Assembly (NCBI GenBank): GCA_020350825.1
Contig: CP070724.1
Location: 1,077,584 to 1,141,583, forward strand
DNA length: 64,000 nt
Origin: Thermoplasmatales archaeon
GTDB taxonomy: Archaea; Thermoplasmatota; E2; DHVEG-1
Direction of reading: 5' to 3'
The notes under the pieces are model-generated. The model saw nothing but the letters and a program-made list of their open reading frames with translations, was not told the origin of the DNA and searched no databases. How positions within the stretch are numbered: the stretch's first letter is position 1; each line of letters opens with the position of its first letter. Both the position numbers and the translations under genes were made by a program. Shown piece by piece: positions 56,783-64,000 of this stretch.

Positions 56783-58075
56783 TTAAATATGCAATTTTTC
56801 TCTTTTATAGAACGTGCGTAAGGCCAAGTTACTTCCTAATGTCATTATTGTGTCTATCGGATTAGTATTACGTAAACCAAAACTTCGTTTAAATGAATTT
56901 TTAATTGAATAAAACTCTGCAGAGATACCTCGTATACCCTCCATAAGTTCGTCCTCAGTCATCTTTATTGGTTTGAAATTAACATTATCTTCAGCATATC
57001 GTGACCAATCATACGATGTTATCCTTCCCTCTTTTTCCAGTCGTTCAAATAACCGTGTACCGGGATAGGGTGTTACAATACTAAATGATGCCTCGTCTAA
57101 ATCCCATTCATACATCGCATTAAGTGTCTCACGAAAGATATCTGGAGTGTCATTATCAAAACCAAACATAAAGAATCCAACTACTTTCATACCATGATCC
57201 TGGATTTTTTTAATAGCTTTCACGTAATTCTCCACTTTATTTGTTTGTTTACCAACTTGATTTATGGTTTCTTGAGAAATAGACTCAATACCCATATACC
57301 ATTTATCCACACCAGCCTCACTAGAAATTCTTAGAAACTCATCATCTCTTGATAAAACATTAATGTTGCCGAAACAATGAAATTTTTTATTTAACGATGC
57401 CATTTCTCTAAACAACGATTTCATATAAGGAGGACTAATAGTTAACGAGGCATCAGCGAAAAATATGATTTTTGATTTGATAAGTTTCATCTCATTGATA
57501 ATGTGATCAACTGGTCTTCCCCTAAACCTTGGACCTTCAACCTTTTGCATAGCACAAAATTCGCACCCAGTTGGACAACCACGTGATGCCTGAAGGGCCT
57601 CCATAAATGTATATACACCAATATCATGCCGTGCAGGAGGAATTAGTTCAGGTTCCACTAGTTTATCTGCTTTATAGAATGGCTTGAGTTTTCCATTTTC
57701 AAGCTCTTTCAACAGTTGAGGCCACGAAAGCTCTGCCTCGCCAATAACTACACTGTCCGCATGTTGTTTTGCTTCTTCTGGAAGTAATGAAGCATGATAT
57801 CCACCGAAAACAACAGGAATTCCCCGTTTCCTGTATATATCTGCGATTTCGTAACCTCTTAAAGAGTTATAAGTAAGACAGGAAATTCCTATGAGATCAT
57901 AGGCCTTATCAAAATTGATGTTTTCATACCGTTCGTCTACAATGTCTATAGTATGTTCTCTAGGGGTTATTGCTGCTATCTGCTGGAGAGTTAGAGAGGG
58001 ATATGAAAATTTTGTGAAAAAATTTCTTATCACATTAGTATGAGGCGATATCAATAGTATTTTCATAGGGTTCAT
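56783..58075 (-). CDS. B12-binding-domain radical SAM protein (class B), tandem paralogue
   Basis: YDLIGISCLT...VVFGGYHAS. ASRGCPTGCEFC. YDWSRY. Confidence 0.85.
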   Translation of the reverse strand: MNPMKILLISPHTNVIRNFFTKFSYPSLTLQQIAAITPREHTIDIVDERYENINFDKAYDLIGISCLTYNSLRGYEIADIYRKRGIPVVFGGYHASLLPEEAKQHADSVVIGEAELSWPQLLKELENGKLKPFYKADKLVEPELIPPARHDIGVYTFMEALQASRGCPTGCEFCAMQKVEGPRFRGRPVDHIINEMKLIKSKIIFFADASLTISPPYMKSLFREMASLNKKFHCFGNINVLSRDDEFLRISSEAGVDKWYMGIESISQETINQVGKQTNKVENYVKAIKKIQDHGMKVVGFFMFGFDNDTPDIFRETLNAMYEWDLDEASFSIVTPYPGTRLFERLEKEGRITSYDWSRYAEDNVNFKPIKMTEDELMEGIRGISAEFYSIKNSFKRSFGLRNTNPIDTIMTLGSNLALRTFYKREKLHI

Positions 58076-58250
58076 CCTTCGGGATGTTTATACTATATAT
58101 TAACATTTTCCTGTTTAGATTTTTTCCCTAGGGCCATTGTAATCACTTTCTTAAACCCTGTTCTTTAGGAATTTTGGTAATAACTGTAAAGAAAACTATT
58201 AATAATAAATATAGTGAAATAATATATAAAAATAAATAGTTTGGTGGAGA

Positions 58251-59540
58251 ATGAAATTAAAGCTAAAAAAAATTGATGCCATAATAGTGGTAGCATTGAT
58301 AGTAGTTGCAGGACTTTTTTTGTATAGAGCAGGTTATATTTCTTTACCACTATTTGATGGGGAAGTTACTCCACCAGATGACGAAAATGTAACGATTCCG
58401 CCACCAGAAATATCAACTCCGCCAAATTCTTTTATACCCTCTTTCAGGAGAGATGTTTCACCTGAGGATGAGGGAGTGCATTATGATAAAATTCGTATAT
58501 CTAGAGAATGGTGGTACTTTGGGGCAGTATTTAACGATGAGGATAGTGAATTAAAGGGTTGGTCTGTGTCAATAAGTTTTAATCATATGGCTCTAGGTGA
58601 TTTACTTGGGACATTAAAACCAGATCTTCTAGTAGTCACGTTACATGGCGAGAATGGAGAATCGTTTGGAGGTATGGTCAATAAAAAGAGGTATCTTGGA
58701 ATTTTAAACTCTGGTACCCTTATGGCAAGTTCTCCAGGAGTAAACGTAGAGTTTGAGGATTCGTGGGCTGAAGGCGAATATCCAAACTGGCATGTACATG
58801 CCGAAGATAAAGATATAGATAATTCTCATGAAATTGTCATAGATTTAGATTATAAAACAAGTTCGCTTCCTATTTGGACAATCGGTACAAGAGCTTTTGA
58901 TAAATCAAAAAGCAGTATTGCAAATTATCTATTTACAGGATGTGAAGTTACCGGTACAGTAGAAATCGATGGTGAGGAATTTATAGTAAAAGGAACTGGA
59001 CATCATGAACATTCATGGTCTCCAAAAACTGTAACAACTGGATTAATCAATGGATGGGACTGGTTTCATGTGACATTGGACAATGGTTGGAACATCTATG
59101 AAAGTAATTATTATCCAGTACCTCAGTTTGTATCTTCTAAAACATCCAGAATAAATCCGTTTGGTACCTTACTTATAACCACGGATAATGGGGAGACTAT
59201 GACAGAGCTGAAAAATGTTGATCTAAAAATAACAAGAGAGGATAATAAGATATTTCCGCTTGTAAGAATGCCAGCGGATTTCAGTATAACTGCAAAACCT
59301 AGTTTAAATCCCATTTATGTTGTAAGTCAATCATTATTATATGGAACAAACACAAAATTAGATGTAAATATTGAAATAGAAAATTCATACAATAAAATAT
59401 GGAAATTTCCTACCTATGTGGGTATGAAAGTTGGAGCATGTATGGTTGAAGGCACGTTGTCGTGGTCTGATGATGAAGGCGAACATCAAATATCCATAAA
59501 TGGGATAGGTGTTTCTTGGAGTATGCGTGCGTTGTTATAG
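58251..59540 (+). CDS. membrane-anchored CrtC/AttH-like hydratase-fold protein, copy 3 (divergent)
   Basis: N-terminal TM. PEDEGVHYDKIRISREWWYFGAVF (closest to the canonical HP..EWWY..G). GTGHHEHSW. Confidence 0.7.
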   Translation: MKLKLKKIDAIIVVALIVVAGLFLYRAGYISLPLFDGEVTPPDDENVTIPPPEISTPPNSFIPSFRRDVSPEDEGVHYDKIRISREWWYFGAVFNDEDSELKGWSVSISFNHMALGDLLGTLKPDLLVVTLHGENGESFGGMVNKKRYLGILNSGTLMASSPGVNVEFEDSWAEGEYPNWHVHAEDKDIDNSHEIVIDLDYKTSSLPIWTIGTRAFDKSKSSIANYLFTGCEVTGTVEIDGEEFIVKGTGHHEHSWSPKTVTTGLINGWDWFHVTLDNGWNIYESNYYPVPQFVSSKTSRINPFGTLLITTDNGETMTELKNVDLKITREDNKIFPLVRMPADFSITAKPSLNPIYVVSQSLLYGTNTKLDVNIEIENSYNKIWKFPTYVGMKVGACMVEGTLSWSDDEGEHQISINGIGVSWSMRALL

Positions 59541-59817
59541 TCTTTTACTTAATTTAAACAATTCCATTTTAGCATTTATATAACCAGTATCTAAATAGAT
59601 TTAATTTCTGTGATAAGAAGGGAAGTGTTAGTAGTAGTTCCAACAATAGAAGCCTTTCCAACCACCGTAGGAACCACACTTGCTGATTCATTGACATAAT
59701 AACTTCAAGGCTTGCCCATTTGCTCCCGCTAGGTTTTCCAAGTATTGTTGATCATGGTTTTCATGGGATATTGCTCCTATTAAAAAGGTCACATTAAGTT
59801 AATAACCAACGAGCTTA

Positions 59818-60717
59818 TTAACCAAGTAAAATATTGATATGGTAGACTATGCAACTTAAATACACTGCCACACCAAACACAGCTGAAAAGTAATATAATG
59901 AGGAAACTGGAGAATCTTTTTTTGATTTTGCTAAAAATATTCCTATTACTGCACCTCCACTTATAATTAAAATCGTAGAAATGTAACTTAAAGAATATAG
60001 TAAAATAAGTGGAATAAGAAAGATCGTATGTAATATAATAATCATTTTTAAAGTCGTTTTTGCAGTATCAAGTCCTACCCAAACTGCATATGTCGTTGTT
60101 CCAGTATTTTTATCAAAAGAATAATCACTAATATGATTATCGACTTGATCAATACAACTAAATATTCCTAGAGAAATTGCAACTAACCAGTTGATTATTC
60201 CTACGGAACCTGCAATAAAAGAACCCCATATTATAAGAAGGACAAACGCAAAGAAATGCCATATAATATCTACAACAGGTCGCCCTTTTAATCTCAGTGG
60301 AGGAGCGGAATACGCCCACATCCAAAATAAAAATACTACACATAATAAAAAAACCTCGAGTTTAAATAAAATTGAAATAACCAATGGAATAATGAAAAAG
60401 ATTAAATTTATTGCAAGTCCAGTTTGTTTTGAAATTTTTCCTGATGCCATTGCATTAATATGTTTCCTCCTTGGGTTTTTTCTATCTGAATCGATATCAT
60501 AATAGTTGTTTATCCCAAATGTAAACGATAGAATACAAAATATAGTAACAACAAAGACAGAAAAGGGTAACACATAGCTAGATAAATCTAAAGAAGACAT
60601 TCCTAAAATAAAACCCATAAAAGAGAGTGCAGACCAATTAACTACACCACGCAATCTAATAAATCCCGTTAGAAAAACTTTTACTATGTTTTTATTTTCA
60701 TCGGTTTCATTATTCAT
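59818..60717 (-). CDS. UbiA-family prenyltransferase
   Basis: NNYYDIDSDRKNPRRKHINAMASGKIS and DNHISDYSFDKNTGTTTYAVWVG. Multi-TM. Confidence 0.8.
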   Translation of the reverse strand: MNNETDENKNIVKVFLTGFIRLRGVVNWSALSFMGFILGMSSLDLSSYVLPFSVFVVTIFCILSFTFGINNYYDIDSDRKNPRRKHINAMASGKISKQTGLAINLIFFIIPLVISILFKLEVFLLCVVFLFWMWAYSAPPLRLKGRPVVDIIWHFFAFVLLIIWGSFIAGSVGIINWLVAISLGIFSCIDQVDNHISDYSFDKNTGTTTYAVWVGLDTAKTTLKMIIILHTIFLIPLILLYSLSYISTILIISGGAVIGIFLAKSKKDSPVSSLYYFSAVFGVAVYLSCIVYHINILLG

Positions 60718-60890
60718 GAGAGGTACCTAATTTCAAAGAGTGAAAGGACAAAAATACATAATTAATCATCTTATAATCTTTCCTGATAACGCTCTGTAAG
60801 ATAAGGTAATATCTTTTAGACACGAATCCCAATATATTAAACAAGGTATAAGTAGAGAACAAGACAACAATCTCTTTTTTCTGGTTAAGT

Positions 60891-61280
60891 TCAATTTTTT
60901 TGTATTTTTACCAACGCATTGTCAGCATCTAATAATACAATGTCCCCATCTTTTATTTTTTCAATTTCTATTTGGTCAACACAGGGAATCCCTGCCAAAA
61001 TAACACCTGTTGCTACTATTGTTTCTGTTTCCTTATTAATGATCCCACCTGGTGCAACCCCATTTTTCTGTAACCCGTAGATAACATATGATCCAACTGT
61101 CGAACCCTTACCACATGGAAAAACAAGTATCTTGTCTTTAACAGACCTTCCTTCCAGTGGGTGGCCTTTTTCGATAACAATGCCAGTTTTTATATCTATT
61201 CCACCATAGAAACCAATAGGCTCCTTTGAAACAATAGCTACGCTCTCGATTTTTCCAGGGGATATCATTCTTCCCTTCAT
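60891..61280 (-). CDS. aconitase X swivel-domain protein (DUF126); small subunit of archaeal phosphomevalonate dehydratase
   Basis: LEGRSVKDKILVFPCGKGSTVGSYVIYGL..GVAPGGII. ATGA-type overlap with the large subunit. Confidence 0.8.
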   Translation of the reverse strand: MKGRMISPGKIESVAIVSKEPIGFYGGIDIKTGIVIEKGHPLEGRSVKDKILVFPCGKGSTVGSYVIYGLQKNGVAPGGIINKETETIVATGVILAGIPCVDQIEIEKIKDGDIVLLDADNALVKIQKN

Positions 61281-62461
61281 AATTGTGCCTCTATCAGTTT
61301 ATTTATATTTGCAAAAACAACTTCTTGTTTACAAAAGCCTGGTAAATAGTTTGCTGCTTTACCGGAATTTACACCTGTAGTTTTATATCCCATTTTCTCA
61401 ATAGGTGAAACTACCATACAAGTGTCAGCAACAACGTAACCTCCAGCCTTCTCGATTATTTCGGTGAAACCCATTCTATCTGCCGCCTCTTTCATTATTC
61501 TTGAAGTACAAATCCAGATCGGTTTCTTTAAATGTTTATTTTTAAGTTTGTCTGAAAGCGTTGAAATCTCCCTCAGAGATGCATGCGGGCATCCTAGGAT
61601 TACAACATCTGGGTCTTTACCAGAATTCAATTTCTCATAGGTTTCATCAAGTTCTCTTTTTCCAACGTTCATTGTTTCTAAATCATTTTTTTCAACTAAA
61701 TCTGCCTCTGGTGTTAATCCCTCGACGTGATACAATGCAACTGCTCCTGAGGCAGCCATCGCAGCACCAAGGGCCTTTAACTGGTCGGTATTCGCATTTT
61801 CTATTCTTGTAAAGTATGGAATCTTATTTTTAACCTGCTTACCAACAAAATATCCAAGAGCACCAAAATCAGCATTAAACTCTAATTCAGCATCTACTTT
61901 AATTTTAATGTTAGGTTGACGTTTTTCCCAAAGATGCAATCCATAGTTGGGCGTTCCCCCGCAAATAGCAGCAGCAAGAGCAGAAGGCCCACCTTCTCTA
62001 TTGGTTCTTGCGCCAATTACGGAATTGGAAAATGAAACTGCAGAAGATTCTGACCAAGCTATATGTTCTCTAAAACGTGGTAAATTACCAGCAAGATACG
62101 GTGTACAAGTAGAAGTAACTACAATTCCCATGTTTTTGAATGCATTCATTATCCTCAGTTGATTCTTTGCAAAATCCTTTGGAAAACCTATTTTCTCCCA
62201 ATCCTCAAGATCCATACCTGCAGGATTGAGATAGGCAAGTACCTTTACCTTTGCACCTTTTGATGCCATGTCTTCTAAGAATTCTATACCTGGATCACTA
62301 ATGGATTTGTAAGAGACACCTGCAACCTGAACAGATCCTACGGGTATCATCTTATCAGCGCCATATATATCTCCTAATCGAACAAGTAACCTAAACAATC
62401 TCTCTTTTACTTCCCCTTCATCGCCATCAAGAATTTTCTCTTCTTCCTTAGTTAAATACAT
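61277..62461 (-). CDS. aconitase X catalytic-domain protein (DUF521); large subunit of archaeal phosphomevalonate dehydratase
   Basis: MYLTKEEEKILDGDEGE..., SVQVAGVSY, TSTCTPY, WSESSAVSFSNSV, GCPHAS. Confidence 0.85.
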   Translation of the reverse strand: MYLTKEEEKILDGDEGEVKERLFRLLVRLGDIYGADKMIPVGSVQVAGVSYKSISDPGIEFLEDMASKGAKVKVLAYLNPAGMDLEDWEKIGFPKDFAKNQLRIMNAFKNMGIVVTSTCTPYLAGNLPRFREHIAWSESSAVSFSNSVIGARTNREGGPSALAAAICGGTPNYGLHLWEKRQPNIKIKVDAELEFNADFGALGYFVGKQVKNKIPYFTRIENANTDQLKALGAAMAASGAVALYHVEGLTPEADLVEKNDLETMNVGKRELDETYEKLNSGKDPDVVILGCPHASLREISTLSDKLKNKHLKKPIWICTSRIMKEAADRMGFTEIIEKAGGYVVADTCMVVSPIEKMGYKTTGVNSGKAANYLPGFCKQEVVFANINKLIEAQL

Positions 62462-62769
62462 TTTTCTAACTCCCTACAATTCTCAACTAATCTCTCGATA
62501 TCATCTTTTGTAGCATCATTTACATGAATACCCCCGATTGCAACTACCTTAGTGCCATATTTTTTACATGCTGTTTTGGCAATTGGTTTTAAAACAATAT
62601 CGTCATAATGCCCTTCTAAACGGATGATCTGAGGCTCTTTATTTGGTTCGCAGAAAACAATTCCTCCAATATGAGTTTGTTCACCTCCACCTAAAACGTA
62701 GAGGAGATCATCACCAATCTTTTTCTCCTCAAGCCACACTTTGAATTTACCATCACCGGAGGTAATCAT
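62452..62769 (-). CDS. LpdD-like small protein (putative prenylated-flavin chaperone / UbiD accessory)
   Basis: DDLLYVLGGGEQTHIGGIV...GHYDDIV...AIGGIHVNDATKDDI resembles the GG..PHIG...H..D...AGIHV pattern of LpdD (from memory). Overlaps both neighbours. Confidence 0.5.
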   Translation of the reverse strand: MITSGDGKFKVWLEEKKIGDDLLYVLGGGEQTHIGGIVFCEPNKEPQIIRLEGHYDDIVLKPIAKTACKKYGTKVVAIGGIHVNDATKDDIERLVENCRELEKCI

Positions 62770-64000
62770 CTATATCAACTTTTTCGTATCTAACAACCTC
62801 ATATTTACTTTTATCAACATGAGTTGGAATCGTCGCATCAACACCCACCTTTGTCGTGAGAGTTTTCTTTCCTGTTTCATGTTTACCTGAGGGATCAAGA
62901 GAGCTACCCGGTTGATTTGGTTTAATAATTAAGTCCTTATCACCCTGAAATCTTGTTGCAATAGCCCATTCAATGGCATTTGGATTGTAAATATCAACAT
63001 TCTCATCAACGATAACCACATGTTTCATACTTTTATGACCGTTAAATGCAGCTTCAATAGCTTTTTTCCCATCATCAGGATGTTTCTTCTCTATTTGAAC
63101 AACACCATGAAGCCATGAACCACCACCCATTGTTACAAGTACATTTTTACAGTTTACTACTTTACTTACTTCGTTATAAATTGTTGGTTCCTTTGGCATT
63201 CCCATAAGAATTTTATGTTCCATTTTACCAGGCAAAAGAGTCTGATATATTGCATCTTTTTTATGTGTTATACAATCGATGACAAATACAGGTTCCTGTC
63301 GCTCAAAATCTCGCGTCTCAGTAAGGTCAACAAAGGGTCCTTCACGGTCAATTTCCTTGGTAAGTCGCCCTTCAAGTACAAATTCAGAATATGCGGGCAC
63401 CTCTAGATCTTTTGTAATACATTTCACCATAGGTGTAGTATCAAGTGCATTTGCAATGGGGAACTCGTCAACACCTGGCGGAGGACCCAGAGAGGCTGCA
63501 ACCATAACCGCTACAGAGTTACCTATACAGACCGCCATTTCGAGATCTTCCTCAATTTTGTCATAGGTTGTCCGCGTTTGTCTTTTCTTGATAAGTCGCG
63601 CCGTGCATCGATTCTTGCCAATCTGCATGAGCCGATGATATGATACATTTCTCCCGGTATCAGGATCTTTTATTGTGGCAACTGTCGCCGTAGCATATCT
63701 CCCACCATCACCTGGGAGATGAATAAGCAGCGGGAGTTTGTCCAGATCAGGATTTTTTATAATAACTTCTTGACAAGGTGCCTCATCAACCATCTTTGGT
63801 GGATTTGGATTTCGAAGTGCATTAACAAGTTTAAACAGAAGTTTATCCTTAGTTGTCCCAAGACCTTTGGCAATAACATCTCTATTTGAGGTAATACCAC
63901 TAAAAATCTGGAAATCAAATCCTTTAACATTCTCAAAAATTACTGGTTTTTCATTAAGAGAATACATGATACTTGCAATTTCATAATTTGTAGAAACTTC
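62753..64000 (-). CDS. UbiD-family decarboxylase (candidate trans-anhydromevalonate-5-phosphate decarboxylase), 5'-partial at the window edge
   Basis: GDGGRYATATVATIKDPDTGRNVSYHRLM, GPPPGVDE. The reading frame stays open upstream of Met 63967 to the window end (EVSTNYEIASIMYSL...). Confidence 0.85.
   Translation of the reverse strand, partial: EVSTNYEIASIMYSLNEKPVIFENVKGFDFQIFSGITSNRDVIAKGLGTTKDKLLFKLVNALRNPNPPKMVDEAPCQEVIIKNPDLDKLPLLIHLPGDGGRYATATVATIKDPDTGRNVSYHRLMQIGKNRCTARLIKKRQTRTTYDKIEEDLEMAVCIGNSVAVMVAASLGPPPGVDEFPIANALDTTPMVKCITKDLEVPAYSEFVLEGRLTKEIDREGPFVDLTETRDFERQEPVFVIDCITHKKDAIYQTLLPGKMEHKILMGMPKEPTIYNEVSKVVNCKNVLVTMGGGSWLHGVVQIEKKHPDDGKKAIEAAFNGHKSMKHVVIVDENVDIYNPNAIEWAIATRFQGDKDLIIKPNQPGSSLDPSGKHETGKKTLTTKVGVDATIPTHVDKSKYEVVRYEKVDIDDYLR

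Noticed and set aside
51382-58075. Interpreting the radical SAM-rich segment as a RiPP (peptide natural product) cluster.
   Set aside because: I found no small ORF with a leader/core-like sequence next to the SPASM or B12-rSAM genes. The 89-aa ORF at 51064..51333 is the N-terminal part of the methyltransferase. The surrounding UbiA, CrtC-like and GT1 genes and the mevalonate context favour a lipid or terpenoid substrate. The RiPP reading remains a formal alternative, noted in the relevant finding.
52866-63566. Remaining shadow ORFs (52866..53117, 53652..54071, 54282..54470, 54620..54874, 54956..55156, 56047..56259, 58165..58350, 59123..59314, 60158..60502, 61561..62162 and 63215..63566).
   Set aside because: All overlap strongly supported genes on the opposite strand or in another frame and show no independent signals.
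1-64000. Search for CRISPR arrays, rRNA genes, IS elements, transposases and integrases.
   Set aside because: I saw no regularly spaced direct repeats, no rRNA-like conserved stretches, and no DDE, tyrosine- or serine-recombinase motifs in any translated ORF. The only RNA gene I can support is tRNA-Pro.

Overview
AT-rich archaeal chromosomal segment, densely coding on both strands: about 66 supportable protein genes and one tRNA. I recognised no rRNA, CRISPR array, transposase or integrase. The archaeal assignment rests on an archaemetzincin, a PGF-CTERM sorting signal, an AcnX-type phosphomevalonate dehydratase plus a UbiD-type decarboxylase (archaeal mevalonate route), and a CCA-less GC-rich tRNA-Pro(GGG) with a TATA-like box about 26 nt upstream. 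Layout: (i) 0-3.4 kb holds a small stress cassette (two Hsp20, GYD, SnoaL-like) bracketed by a 72-bp perfect inverted repeat that also looks like a shared promoter. (ii) 4.1-8.8 kb holds a radical-SAM/SPASM + methyltransferase + DUF2064 + two GT2 cluster. (iii) 9-21 kb is mostly secreted or lipoprotein genes (SOR-fold-like paralogues, PQQ sugar dehydrogenase, BNR propeller, Ntn-hydrolase-PKD, spondin_N), interrupted by an orphan HTH/coiled-coil block. (iv) 21.7-29.9 kb is housekeeping: eIF-2B family, radical SAM, PD-(D/E)xK nuclease, archaemetzincin, PPP phosphatase, Sir2 plus nicotinamidase. (v) 30-36.2 kb is a uvrA-uvrC-uvrB operon flanked by two secreted tandem-nitroreductase paralogues. 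(vi) 38-41 kb holds a zinc-ribbon pair, a serpin and tRNA-Pro. (vii) 41-60.7 kb is the most unusual part, a ~20-kb island with three UbiA prenyltransferases, three CrtC/AttH-like hydratases, two B12-binding radical SAM enzymes, a radical SAM/SPASM enzyme, a PaaK/F390-synthetase-like ligase, two GT1 glycosyltransferases, an SDR epimerase, a nicotianamine-synthase-like gene and a stop-interrupted methyltransferase. It sits directly next to mevalonate-pathway genes (60.9-64 kb). I read this island as a candidate undescribed isoprenoid or ether-lipid tailoring system; that is inference from domain content and gene order only. Several intergenic repeat and promoter motif families recur across the window. 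All protein calls come from motif recognition by eye on the supplied translations; no searches were run.
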